Source: Bugula neritina (Eukaryota; Animalia; Bryozoa). From it: a DNA stretch of 64,000 nucleotides. The stretch spans positions 4,992,662-5,056,661 of the forward strand of contig OZ037770.1 of assembly GCA_964035545.1 (NCBI GenBank), given 5' to 3'. Made by a program: the position numbers and the translations under genes. A model generated the notes under the pieces. The model made no database searches, was not told where the DNA came from, and saw only the letters and a list, made by a program, of their open reading frames with translations. Positions 1-13,972 of the stretch are shown here, piece after piece (within the stretch, counting starts at the first letter, position 1; the number at the start of each line of letters is the position of its first letter).

Positions 1-619
1 ATTTCCTATCACATAATCATATTATTATATAATATTTTGTCTTCTCACATTACCGTTACATAATCAGTTCACTTCGGAGTTAGTATTTGTGTTTCTATAT
101 AGTATTTTATGCCGTATAGTAGTTATATTAACACTTAAATAAATATTTTTTGCCTTGTAAAACATTAACCATTCCTGCTTATTATATCAGTTATATGGTT
201 TTTAGTCTTTGGTTATCATTTATATTTTGATCTAACATTAAGCACTGACTATGTTGTTTCGGCACATGTTCTAATGGCTATGGTAATATTATTATCATAA
301 TTATAGTAGCTTGCTAGTATATATTGAAGTTTGCTCTTTATATTTTATCAATAAATTTTATTCAAATATTTTATATAAAAAATTTCAATTGCTTTTAAGA
401 TTTCAAGTCTGGAAAATTTTACTTCAATAATCTGTGATTAAAGTAACGAGTACATTATTTACAAATAATGGTTATAAAATTTGTCATTTTCTTATCTGCA
501 TCTGCAAACCAATCATTTTTCAACTAAGCTAATGAAACGACAGCATCATTTTTCACTTAATGCTATTAAGACACTTTGTGCAGATATGACTCATTAGTTT
601 TAGAAGACATATCATTTAG

Positions 620-2450
620 GAGAAGGTAAACTTCAATCTCAACCCTCCGCTGCCAACCAAAGGAAAGGCTTAATCTGACAGTTCATGCAACGACGCTGGT
701 GCCGAACTGTAACTGCTCCTGTAGGTACGCCAGCGACGTGGAGAGTGGGGACATGCTACACGGGCAACAGCCTGTTTTCCGTATGATCAATGCCCAGGCA
801 CACACCTGCACACCACCATCCTTTTCTCACTGGAGAGAAAACTCCGGATTTGCCTTCTGCGGAAACACAACATGTGGAGCGGTTATAAGCTGAAGCTCAA
901 TTTGTGTAGAGCAAGGCACCAGGTGTTGCTTCTGACGGTGGAAGAGGTCTCTAGATCTCGCTGGACAGTTACCACTCGCAATAAGCTGGGAAGCCTCCAG
1001 CCAGTTAAGTGATCTTCTGCCACAGTCCGCCTTCCTCATTGGGCGCAAAGGAAAAAGAGGACAACCGAACAGCAGACTGCAATCTTTTACGGGGCAACGA
1101 AAAATTGAAAATAAGAGACCAGGTCCTGAATTGAAATGTTTGAAGGTCCGTACTTTGCTAACTTTTCTATTTATCAATTTACAGAACATCAAAGACACCT
1201 GAAAATCATCCATCATAAACGATGAATTCAAGAGAATAAGCGTCGACATTACTACCCTTCAAGAAACGCAACTAGCTAATAGTGGCACTCTATAGAAAAT
1301 TACTACACATGTTACTGGCGGGAAAGAAGTTCTAATTAGCCAAAAGTGTATCAAGTTGGCTTTGCAGTGAAGAACAGTTTCTTGAGTATGGTAGAGCCAT
1401 GTACTAGCAGCTCATTGCATAAGAGCAATGTATAAGGGCATCAAGATGGCAACGGGACTAATCCATAGTAAGATGCCTCCTCTCAAACCTTCCACTGGAG
1501 AAGTCATCACCAAAAAAGGAAAGCAGATAGAGAGATGGGTAGAACACTAGACCCACCTGCACTCTCACCAGAAAGTTGTGTCTTCCTCTGCTCTTGATGC
1601 AGTTGAATGTATGTATGTCCACTATTGATGATTTTGATGACGAAACCACTGTAGATGACCTTGATAACGCCATTGATAGTTTGTCCTAAGGCAAGACACC
1701 TGACAGTGATGGAATATCTCCTGATCACATCAAGCGCTGCAAAACTAATCTTTTACATTCCCTGCATGAAGTTCTTTGTCAGTGCTGGGAAGAAGGTGCT
1801 GTGCCACAAGACATGAGAGATGCAAACATCACCAAACTTTACAAGAATGAGAGAGACAAAAAAAAGATCTCAACAATTAAAGAGGCATCTATTTCACTGC
1901 TCAGCATTGTTGGCAAAGTGTTTGCCAAAGTCATCCTGGCTCACCTACAGATACTAGCTAAACGGGTCTACCTGAGTCGCAGTGTGGTTTAAAGAGCAAA
2001 AGATGCCTTTTCATGTTGCCTTTGTCAAATTGACAAAGGCTTTTGTCCTGGTCAACAGAAAGCAGTTGCCAAAAATCCTTCCAAAGATCGGCTGCTCTTC
2101 AAAACTGCAAAGCATGATAGAATATTTCTACATGCAATAACATGAAGGAGACAGCAATGTTTGACAGCAACTTTTTCGGAACCCTTCGACATACGAAGTG
2201 GCGTTACACAAGGCTGCATTCTTGCACAAACACTCTTTGGTGTCTACTTTGCCACGCTCTAAAAGCGCGCTTTTGATAATACATCAGAAGGTATTTGCCT
2301 ACAAACTAAATTCAATAATAAACTCTTTAATTTTGCCTGACTCAGATCCTCCAAAAAGTTTTTCGAATTGTCATCAAAGACATGCTGGTTGCTCATGATG
2401 CTGCTTTGATATGAATAATTGCTTGCAATATAAGATTCCATAACTGTTGG
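620..2450 (+). mobile_element. Degenerate, internally deleted RTE-clade LINE (APE endonuclease and RT remnants)
   Basis: Broken endonuclease-like peptide near 1130-1290 (KVRTLL...NDEFKRISVDITTLQETQLANSGTL). RT N-terminal peptide VPQDMRDANITKLYKN...ISLLSIVGKVFAKVILAHLQILAKRVY at 1801-1990. Many stops and frameshifts; ends approximate. Confidence 0.75.
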
Positions 2451-3368
2451 CATATGCAATGCGTTTTGTTGGTGAAACTTCAGGTTTCGGGGTTGTTTTC
2501 TCTCATAGCCCTATAATTATACTATATCAACTAACTAGGCAAAACTCTGTGGAAATAAAATCGAATGAACAACTAATTGAGAATTATTCAACATTCTTTG
2601 TTTAAAATATTATAATGCTGCTCACTAACACAAACTAACATGCATGTATGTATAACTTTTTAACAGACATTGAGTGTTTTTTTAAACAATAAAAATCCTT
2701 GGTGGTATAAATTAGCAAATTGTTAAACCCCTTAAGGTATTCTGCAGTTATAATCAACTATGACGAAGCCTACAGTTGAACTTAATTCTATTTCCTGTAT
2801 TGTTCATCTAGAACAGGCACATATGACACGCTATAGGACTGTGTTTAAGGTTGGCCAGTGACCCCATGTCTTGATACAACTTACACCATCTTTAAACTCA
2901 ATATAAAATTATCTAGATATAAGAATGTGTGATGAACAAACCAATGTGACAAACATTACCAGATATGAATCAAAACCAGATAGTTTATCTCTCCAGGTCT
3001 GTTAGTTTACTTTGTCTTCATGTTTGTAATGATTAGCTAAAAGCATCATTTTCAATATATAACTTTTTTATTTATCAAAAATTATTAAACTTGCTTTGAT
3101 GTCGATGAAATTATATATATATATTTCAATGTATAATAATGTTTGTGAGAATTGGTGAAAAAATACATAACGTGCAACTTTCTTGCAAAAATATAAATAG
3201 TTATTACAGACAAAAAATGGATCCCAGTGCATATAAAAAATATGTATATAGATCTCGTATATGCTTCGTATTTTCACAAATGATAATATTCTACGCTATG
3301 TGTCCAATACCAAAATATGAACGTGATCAAACAATAATAGAGTATTCTAAAAAAATATTCTTAACTTT

Positions 3369-6300
3369 TCACTCCATAATCCTGTATTTTAATTCAGAGT
3401 TGAGGAGTTGTCGTTCTTGTCTAGAGTTGGCTATCAGAGAGGAATTTTCATGAGACCGTCTAGACAGATATGGCAAAGACTCGCTGATTGTTCCAACAGC
3501 CACTGATTTATACACAGGATATCCCTTTTGACCTAAATACAACAGGATACTGAGAATAAATATTTATTGACAAGCTTCTCGTATAGTTCGATGGAAGTTG
3601 TCTTCTTTTTGAAGAATATTTTTCCTGAAATAGGTATATATAGGTGGCTGAGTATTATAGGTTTAGATAGCTCTTAAGAATTACTAACTACAGATGAAGG
3701 TATATTTAAACCGGTCAGGTTCCGTTGGGTTTTGAATATTTACTGAGTTTAAAACAGTGCGACTTTGAATTTTATTGCACGATTCTCATCTGCATTGAAG
3801 AGTTTAAAGTTGATTTGTAACTTAATAAATTTTCCGGGTTTATGGTCACTAACCCTACAACAGTCCCAGATAGAAAAAGTAAACTACAATTTTCTCTTTT
3901 ATGTTGTAAAAGAAAATTATGACTGAGTACCCTTTTTCAACTCACCAGTGGCCTTTGTATAAGATAGAACTGCTGTCTATATGCTTACTAAGCCTGTGCT
4001 TTAACCACTAGATCATGCTGCAATAGTTACACTTACCTAGAGTATATGTTATGTGGTCACACATTCCATAAACCTGAGCAAGTATCACTTTCCTCTCTTC
4101 ACTTGAAATACCATAACTTCTCATTCTACATGAGAATATTATTACTATAGCTATCTTAAGTTTATATAATACATTATGCATGCACATAGATATAATGTAT
4201 ATGGGCATTGCATCCGAGAGGAATGGATTATGTAAAGTTGTTAGTAATAAAACATTTGATCAGTTTCCACCACAGCATGACCAGCTACAATTAAACTGGT
4301 AAAACTATATCTACCTTTCTACAGCCTGTTTGATGGAATCTTGGTTATGAGAAGCGAGAACAAATCTGATTTGTCTCCCCTGGTTACTGTTATCACGGAT
4401 CTTCTGCAGTAGCCAGTTGGCTGTAGAGTTGTATGAGTTATGTGTAGCCTGTATTCCATCGTGTACAGGACAAGGATGACCTTGACTTTTAGCTCCATTT
4501 TCCTCAGCTACCATGTACGCCCCCCTTACCAACTTAGCTGAAATATCAAACACACAGTTTTTGGAACCTCAGCCTTCTGTTATATAAACAAATTAAATAA
4601 TTCTACATAATATATGTGTGAATCAGTCAAAAGGAAGTAAATAAACATTCCTAAGTAATTAAACAAATATAATATTGAACTATACTCATCTGTTGATAAA
4701 AATTTAAAATTAGCTGTATTTTGTCAAAGTTTATATTATGAACAATCTCATTTTAATATAAGTTAAGTGTTTTGTTTTTTTACAAGAACCCAACATTGTA
4801 GAGTCATTAGAGTATAATTGGATGCATCAATAAATTTTAAAATGCATTTTGAGATATACCAATCAGCTGAAGAAAGGGCATCGGAAGGTCACATGGATCC
4901 ACAGAATATAGTATAAACTGTAATAGATTATCCCAAATCAATCTTTAATCTAATATACAATATGTTGGCAATTGTGAAGTAGAATTTCCTATCAATTATA
5001 TATGGCTTTGCTAGTTCAACATATTGGGAATTTTGATTATTATTTATATACTTGGAAGTTGTTCTCTAAAATGGTGTTGAGGGCCAACGCATAGACAACT
5101 CCGTATGCTAATCAGGTAATCAACCGGAAAACTGACTGACTCACCCCCATAGTGAAGGTTATTCTTCTCAGCAAAATTGAATTCCCACTGCAAGGCCTCA
5201 AATGACTTCTACAATGTGCAAGAAACAACCAACATAGTGTGCACACATGCAGACATCTTTGTAGAATAGGTTATACAATTACCAAAAATATATTTACATG
5301 GAGAAACAAAAACACATCTTCTGCACCTTGAGAACCAATTTGGATCAAGTTTAAATGTTTAATAGAGAAAAAATAATGAAAGAAAGACAACTTTTGTTTG
5401 GTCTGTAAATCCACATTCTGAAACTTATAACTATCTGTAGATAACAGCAGTCTAACCTTGAGGTAGCATTGTGTTGTGTTCCAAACAACAGCCTTAGTCC
5501 TATTACACACTAGACTGAGAGCCATGGCCAAAGCTGTGAGAGCCGGGTTCGTGTTGGTATACTCAGCGTCTACCATCAACACGGTATTCGTGGCGACTGC
5601 TTTCTGTCCCACTTCACCGAGCAGGATCAGCCCCGACAGCAACTCTGGAACAGTGCCGGAAGCCCCAGGTGTCTCCGCTAGCCACTTCAGGGTGTTTACA
5701 GGTGCAGCATAAGTGCTGTATAATGCAGTGGAAGTAATTATGAATGTCAGAACAAATTTTAGTTGATATTTGAACTATTTAAAAGGAGTCAACACAGACT
5801 TATATGACAAAACACACTCAAGTTTAAAGTCCTTATCCTAGATGGACGAGATATTTTAAAAGCTGGCTAAAATCTTAAATTATTATGTAGCACAAGAGTA
5901 ACAACACACATGACCTTTACTAGAGATTGACCCCATGAAATTGGTTTTACTAAGTCAGCAATCTCACTTTCAAACCAATGCTGCTTTCCAACATATTTAT
6001 ATGATAAGCAGAAGGTATAATAATATGCAGATTTGGTGAACATCAATTTTTTGCAGATTAAGGTTTTTGAGCTTCACAATTGGCACGTTGAATATGCACT
6101 CCAAACCAAGACACATGATTACAATATAGGAACTTAAGCTATATCTCATGCGATCCATAGATCTAAAGGACTTATCACTCACACAGATTACAGACTATCA
6201 CTACTTCTCACTGCTACAGGACTATCAGGACTATCAAGAGAAAAGATTTAATGTGAACCAGTTACAACTGGCTTCAACCAAAACATTGCGATATGTATAA

Positions 6301-9300
6301 AAAAAATTTCAATGATGGCTGTCACTGAGACATGAAAATATAATAGCTCATGATAAGCTGACTGACAGCACAATACTATGGAAACTGAAAAACCCATTTG
6401 CTATGAATTATAATATTTATTTTGTAACGAATCTAAAATCTGCCAGCCTACACTGCAAATGCTCTTATATAATTGAGAGCTCCTCCCCCTCCCCCTCCCC
6501 CTACACTATGCCCTTTGTTATAACCCCTTTTCCCCTTCCCACACCACTTACGCTCACTGCATGTCCATCATTGCTTATGTGAATGAATTGTTCATTTGGT
6601 CAACATGCCGAAACAACTACTTTGAATGAAACCACAACCATAAGTTAATACAAACTACAAGCACAATTTAATCTGTTATCATAATGGCAGCCAAGCTTTT
6701 TGATGTAGAATGTTCTAGAAATATAATGAATAAACTATGGGGTTGTTTAAATACACAATGGCGTTGTTTCCATGACAACAAAGTCCATCTACATTCACAC
6801 TAAACATTACATTATCTTGATTGTTATTCTTAAACTTGTGTAAGTCTTGTAAGTCTATGTAAACTCATGTAATTCTTAATTGTTTTTTTTCAAGTTCTCA
6901 AATAGAATTCACACTTTCTATAAAGTGTATAAAGTGTATATATTTGCAGTTGAAATTGAAATTTATGATTTCTAGTTAAAAGTCTGGGTGCAGAGCGAAA
7001 TTAGGTTACTGTTATAGTAATATAGGTGAAAACCAAAATATATAAAAATAACTACAGCCTTAAAAAGGAATCAAAACCTAAATTATAGCCCAAGTCCTAA
7101 CAGACTAAAAGAAATATCAGATGTTATACCAGGGTTGTGGGTGCGCATGTACTCAGCTGAACTATAAATAACTTTCTCTCTCACTTCATCAGACAGTAGG
7201 GACAGTGACTTCTGTTCAAATACAATAATAATATATCTTATAAGTATATCAACAGATGAACAGAAGTCTTAAATTATAATTAGACAATTGCAATTTTTAA
7301 TGCTTTCATAAACATAACATACATAGATTTTCACAGGATAAATCTAATTCCGTTGAACTAAATGCCAAGTTTTACCAATTAAAATACTGAAACCAGAAAT
7401 AGTAGCTAAAACAACAAAGCAAGCAGTGAACTCACCAACAGGTGTGATGTGAACATAGCAGAAATACGAATTTGCATGTAGGAGCCATACGGAGTTATCT
7501 TTTCAGTAATACCTTCCATCATTTTGATAATGTTTTTAGCATTGCCATTAGCTTCCTGAACCCTTTAAAGCAATCTAATTCAATTGCAAAACTGGAATAG
7601 AGCCAATAATAACAAACTGAAAATGAAGTCATTTTTTTATTCTTAGTTTGCAGTCACAGTTGTCGTTTTGATAAAGATACAAAATATTGTTATTAAAAAC
7701 TTTTTTAATAAAAAGATGCTGATATATCACTAATGATAAAGTACATCATATGACCTGTGTGGATCTCAAAAGTAACAGTATAAGATAAAAGTCAAACATG
7801 TTATATAAATTTGAATATGTTATACAACATTTGCTGATACCTTATGACACATTGTCAAGCATACGGTATTGGGCTGCATGCACTGCAAAAAGCTGTAATG
7901 TGAAGCTTGCTATGTTAATTATAATCAGCAAAGTACTGAATCAGATCACATTTCAGATCAAGTCACAGTTCAAGTCAATTATGGCAATGTATGACTTTAT
8001 AGTGTTTAAATGAATTGAAAATACAATATAACCAATAAATTGCTCTAACAGCATTTATCACAGTTTCTAAAATACATTTTTGTAATCATAGACCATAGTA
8101 CCAAAAACGCAATCAACAGATTTTTCAAGTCCTTGCTATATAAAGTTATTAAATTAACTTTTGTTGATTCCATATTCTATAAAATTATTGTCATCACTAG
8201 GAACTGATCCCGACACCCGCCGGTTGCAAGTGCAGACGCACTAACCATACTACACCACAAGGTCTATTGGAAAATCGCAATAATGCGCACTTGCTCAAAA
8301 ATTAACTCATTCCAGAACATTTTTGAAGACAAGTTGCATATAGTCAACACTCTAACTAAGTCCACAGGTGAGTTGAATAAAATCAGCTTGAATAAACTCT
8401 GAGAATTAGTAAGTCATTTAGCTGTCCCACGCATAAAGAAGGCAGACAACTTAAAAATAGTTCTTATGTATTTTATGAACTACACATTTCTACGCTTCGG
8501 GCTGTCATATACCAACCCTCTAATCTACTTGAAAGAGAAAGGAAACTTACTTGTCTATGGCCTCCATTACCATTAGAACAAATGTGCCACTGTTGGCTTT
8601 AGCCAGTTTATCAATATTATATCTAACATCGGCTATAGTCACACCCCCAACAAACTGGTCATAGAACAGAGGCTTTACAAGGGCAGAAGACAGTCTTTTA
8701 CCCAGAATTCTCTGTGTCCTTTCAAATATCTGTAACAAAACAATTGCTGCTCAAGACTCTACAAATATTTTCCAACTGAGAAATAATATATGTACAGAAA
8801 TAACAATATTCTATAACATTGTTCCACCTTTATATTATGTCTGTTTAAATTACTGAGTGAAGCACATCACCAATTGATGTGATGGCAAAGGTGACTGATA
8901 TCATTGACTTCGATAATATTGCTAAAGAATATTTTATTCACTTTTTTATTTACTTTGCTTTCTATAAAACTGCATAATAATTGGCGAATTTTCAAGTCCT
9001 ACTGGTTAAGAGTTGTATGCTCCTGTCACTTATCACAATATTATATTGAGTTATAAGAAGCACACTAAGATGTAAGTTATAATAAACTGTCATATCATAT
9101 TGTGCAATTTTACAACTTCCCTATAATAAGATAATGATGCGCAATATTATATAAAGTTGTGGTGTTTTGTAATACAATACCCTATATAATTTACATAATA
9201 AGTTTCAAAAGTAATGTAAAGCGAGACTTAGTATGTAACACATAACCTCTGCTGATCTGCTGACAAATGTCCTGCTGGAACAGACTCTGAAGACTGTCAG

Positions 9301-9501
9301 AGCTCTCACAATCTCCCACAATGACTTTTCTTTGAAAGCTTGCTTGTGATCAGTGAAATCAAAATCTGCAACTGGAGATGTCGCTGTATCTTCTGCAACT
9401 GTTTCTTGGTCGATTAAAACTGCCTTTTGCTGACGGGGCAAGACAGTTGATAAATATTTCTGCTGCCGAAAATGTCGGGCAGAGAGCTTGAGAAAAGACA
9501 T
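3369..9501 (-). CDS. PRODH2: Mitochondrial proline/hydroxyproline dehydrogenase (PRODH family, PRODH2-like), about 9 coding exons
   Basis: GT-AG exons: 9501-9247 (MSFLKLSARHFRQQ..., basic targeting-peptide-like start), 8729-8551, 7562-7436, 7211-~7130, 5715-5457, 5208-5145, 4537-4315, 4125-4037, 3532-3369 (TGA). Family motifs: LMVDAEYT, VWNTTQCYLK, YGAKLVRGAYM, LASHNQDS, AQVYGMCDHITYTLG, VYKSVAVG, PYLSRRSHEN. Phases match at all junctions except 7130/5715, which needs an alternative donor or a micro-exon (unresolved). Confidence 0.9.
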
Positions 9502-10626
9502 TACTGGACAAGTCAGAATCTGAGTGCAAATTAAACTTGTTTTACAAAACAATGTTGTGGGAGAATCTAATGTCAGCTGTCAAGTGTGGTTACTGCAGAG
9601 TGTGTTGTACTGTGAACAGTAAACTTCTAACACTCAGTTTGATTGGCCTAACAGTAATATCTGGTCAGTTACTTACAACAAACCAGACACTGTGTAACAT
9701 ATTAATATAACACTGAAGTAAAGATTTACACTATAATCTGATTGGTATAGATATATCATTTGCCTACATCAGTGTTGGTATATTTAGCTTGCCTCCAAGG
9801 ACTGCATTGTGCAAACAAATTTCTCATTGACCAATGGAGACAGTGCTATTGCAGGCACAAATTCATTCAAACAGTTCTATCAAATTAAATAAGGGCTTAC
9901 ACTATAATCTGATTGATATAAAAATACATTATTATTTGCATAGGCTTTTTACATATGTCAGCATATTAAACCAGCTGAGCAACTGAAAGTAGGAAAAGAC
10001 AAACATCTGGTTGAATGAAAGCTAATGTTGTCACAAAATATTCCGCTAAAAATGTAAAATGAAACTGAAGTTGCATTTCATACTTTCACAACTTTCAGTC
10101 AAAAATTCAATTTGGTCAAATTAAACATTTTACCAAGTTGAATTGCATTGGAAAAGCCAGTTGCAAAAGTCTTCAATTGTGACAACCTAATTAGCCAATT
10201 TTAAAATAACACTTAAAAAAGAAGATAACTCCTTGTGGATGGTGATATTCAGTTATGACTTTAAAGACTAGATGACATATTTAAAGTATGTTTATAATTA
10301 TATTGGCTACGCCTTTTATTATTACTTTAAATTGCAATCAGCTTTACAAATTAACTACAGTCTCAAATGACTTCAAATAGCAATTAAGTCAGCCATATTT
10401 GACTGTTAGAAAGTGAGTTTCAGCAGCAATATGATTTCAATGGGTTTCAATAATTTATTATAAAAGAGTACTCGCTCAAGTGAAATTGACTGAAACCCGG
10501 CACTTTTTTCAAATAAAAATCAAAACCAGCAACTAGTAGTTGGAGACATCAATGTAGTTGATATTTCAGATGTCAAATCATGGTTATAGTAAAAGAGGGG
10601 TATCGTCACATTGGCAGTGAGAAGTT

Positions 10627-11342
10627 ACAGAGAAGAGGGTACTGAGAGGAGGATACTGAGAGGAGGATACTGAGAGGAGGGTACTGAGAAGAGGGTACTG
10701 AGAGGAGGATACTGAGAGGAGGGTACTGAGAGGAGGGTACTGAGAGGGTACTGAGAGGAGGGTACTGAGAGGAGGGTAGTGAGAGGAGGGTACTGAAAGG
10801 AGGGTACTGAGAAGAGGGTACTAAGAGGAGAGTACTGAGAGGAGGATACTGAGAAGAGGAGCATACTGAGAGGAGGGTACTGAGAGGAGGATACTGAGAG
10901 GAGGGTACTGAGAGGAGGGTACTGAGAAGAGGGTACTGAAAGGAGGGTACTGAGAGGAGGGTACTAAGAGGAGGGTAGTGAGAGGAGGATACTGAGATGA
11001 GGGTACTGAGAGGAGGATACTGAGAGGAGAATACTGAGAGGAGGGTACTGAGAGGAGGGTACTGAGGGGAGGTTACTGAGAGGAGGGTACTGAGAGGAGA
11101 ATACTGAGAGGAGGATACTGAGAGGGTACTGAAAGGAGGGTACTGAGAGGAGGGTACTGAGAGGAGGGTACTGAGAGGAGGGTATTGAGAAGAGGGTATT
11201 GAGAGGAGAGTACTGAGAGGAGGGTACTGAGCGGAGGGTACTGAGAGGAGGACACTGAGAGGAGGGTACGGAGAGAAGGATACTGAGAGGAGAATACTGG
11301 AAGGCGGGTACTGAGGAGAAGGTAATGAGAGGAGGGTACTGA
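10627..11342 (+). repeat. 14-bp minisatellite (GAGAGGAGGGTACT)n, about 50 copies
   Basis: Directly visible tandem unit with point variants; explains the SSQYPPLSTLLSVP pseudo-ORFs. Confidence 0.95.
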
Positions 11343-13508
11343 GTTATTGTTGGAGATCTTCGACTGCTCCATCTGCTTCTTATTCTTTTTTCCTACATAT
11401 AAGATGACATAATTTGATAAATATTGCTGACTTTGTGCTGTCAAAATGTTTAGGAAACTGTGAGGCATACTGCATTATATCACTTACTTGTTTATATTAT
11501 AAACTGTAAATTTTAAACAAACTGCTGACATACAATCATAACACCAGGTGTTATAGCAGACTCCAACTTTTTTGGTCTATAAACTTGGAAAATTGAATTC
11601 TAAGCTATTCAAAAAATTACCTGCAGTGATTAATTAATCAACAGACAACTGCATAGTACATAGCTAAACACTAACGTGTTTAAACAGCTTTGAGTGCCTC
11701 TGAAACTGAAGGTGTCCAACGTTTGCACTGTTCAAACATATATAACCAATGAAAAACAGAACCTAGAGCCGTGCTAGACTCAAACACTGACCGCAATAAA
11801 TAGTTATATTCTTAGAAGGGTATGCCTTACTCACTCCACATAATATTGTATATAACCAATAGAATGCAAAACTCTGGCGGCTATGCTAGACTCAAACATG
11901 AAGACAACAATGAGCATTTTTTAGGAGATTATGCTAAATGTATCAGCACCAAGTAACTGAGATATTGATACTAGTTAGCACTTACTTTATTCTGATTACT
12001 AAACAAAGTATCTACACAATCATTTAACTGAACCCACATACTGGAGAAAGTGAGAAAACATAACTCATACGATTATTTAGTGAGAAATACTTAAAATATC
12101 AAATTGTGCATGATTAATATATGAAATAAACAACATGTCTAGGAAAGTGTGAGGAAGTGAAAATTGGAAAGTTCAAGCAGTGTACTATAATATTGTACAT
12201 TTTCGCATATCTTAAAAGGCTCAGTTCATTTAAAGTTATTGAGAGAATGATTTATATAATTTACCAATAAATAATTTAACATAATTAGTAAAGTATCTAC
12301 TGTTTTCACAGTTATCCATGTTCATAGGATTTGACCTTTGTGCAAAAATCATCCAACTAAGGCAGCAATGATAATTTTATTTATATTTAATCATAACAAT
12401 ACAATTATCAAGTTGAAAGCATTGTAAAATTTAGACCTTTGTTGTAATTTTAGCAAGTAATGATAATATCATTACTTGCTAAAACTAAGAAAAATATTAT
12501 TTTTCTTGTTGCCTAATTAATATCATGTTATAATGTTGCATTTTGTAATATCACAGCGATTTCATGATTTGAGTTTTCATCTATAATTCCTTCAACATCT
12601 ATAACCAGGTGTTTGGCTTAAAAATTCATTCAACTGTTTATTAAAAATAAATTTCAGAGTTACATGTAGTTACAAAATAGGGATTCGCTTGTCTAAGTCC
12701 TACTTATTACCTGTAATCAATTATTGGAATTAATTTACCTTTAACAGAAGGAAGTATATGCACTGTTAGGGCATATATACACTATGTTTCTTTTGTTATT
12801 TTAACTATCTCCCAGGTTGTTACTTGATTTTACACGCTAGCATTCTCTATAGTTGTAACAACAGTAGACTCTACTAACACAGAAAATATCATGATGTTTA
12901 GTAAAATGTCACTTTAAATTCTTTTAACTTCACTTCTAAATTATCTATAAGCAATTGGATAATACATATCTGTAAAATTAGGCTTTTGTTTATAAAAGGT
13001 CACATTTGTATATAATTGTTTATCAGTAGGCTTATATGCAAATATATAACTATAATTCATGCTATCTACAGTTGGTTTGACCTCTCCTGTGTATAGCTGT
13101 CAAACAACTGTCAAATATAGCCATACTGTTATTTCTATGGTATTTGTCATATCAATGACAGTCCCAGCCTCCACAGCATCATTTGATTTTGAAAGTTTAC
13201 TCTATGAGGCAGACTTGTGTTTATCTATCTTATGACCGAGCAATAACACGTATTTACTGAACTGGGTAGTCTTTAGCTTTAGTATGGCTGGAGTCAACTT
13301 GGTGAAGAGCATGGTACTCTAGTTACTCATACAAAACTGTGGAGGTGTCAATGATGAAAAGCGCTGTACTCATGAGCAATAAATACTAGTAGTGTAGGTG
13401 AGTCTATAGCTTACATGATTATATTTTGTGTTCATTGCAAAATGTGAAAAGTGTTTTCTAACAGTATTTTGGCACTTTGTTGTAACAGCTGTCCACATTC
13501 CATTATAT

Positions 13509-13917
13509 TGTGGTAGATTTTAGTGGTGCAAGTATTATGGTATTAATCGAAAAGGTTAACTCTATATTGTTTTATGCATCTTGTGAGTTCGACACTGTCG
13601 GAGTGTAGCTATGGACAGAGTGGCACCACTAGTAGCCACCAATCAGGACAATGACATTAATTGATAGCAGGTGGAGCTAGCTACTCGTAGTGGCAGTGCG
13701 CTGAGTAGCTAGCCGGCAGAGCAACTTGGGACTTCATTTAGAATAGTTGTGTATTAAAGCTCTTTCATTATGTAATCGTTTTTCTATTCATGTCAGCAGT
13801 AATAATCTTCTTGTATTTGTATAATCAATAAAATATCTTATCGTAAACAACCTGTCGCAGTGGCTTTGATTAAGTAGACCCACAAATAATAATAGTGAAC
13901 GGGCAAAATTCACTACA
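13509..13917 (+). repeat. 5' LTR of the Gypsy element
   Basis: Direct repeat of 20703-21111; contains AATAAA and an 11-bp-stem hairpin at 13676-13713. Confidence 0.97.
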
Positions 13918-13918
13918 C

Positions 13919-13936
13919 TGGTGGCAGCAGTGGGAT
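13919..13936 (+). promoter_or_regulatory. Primer-binding site, tRNA-Leu type
   Basis: TGGTGGCAGCAGTGGGAT one base after the LTR; near-complement of the tRNA-Leu 3' end. Confidence 0.8.
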
Positions 13937-13972
13937 CTCACTTAATACAAATGCCCCTAGTCAGGGAGTAAG

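Noticed and set aside
620-900. HDV-like ribozyme in the RTE 5' region
   Set aside because: Only a simple hairpin (ACAGTTC...GAACTGT) is visible; I could not build the nested double pseudoknot by eye.
8197-8264. tRNA-like sequence on the minus strand (similar one near 58585-58660)
   Set aside because: A/B-box-like motifs only; no convincing cloverleaf or acceptor stem. Probably tRNA-derived repeat fragments.
10625-11468. Ser/Pro-rich ORFs
   Set aside because: Translations of the 14-bp minisatellite.
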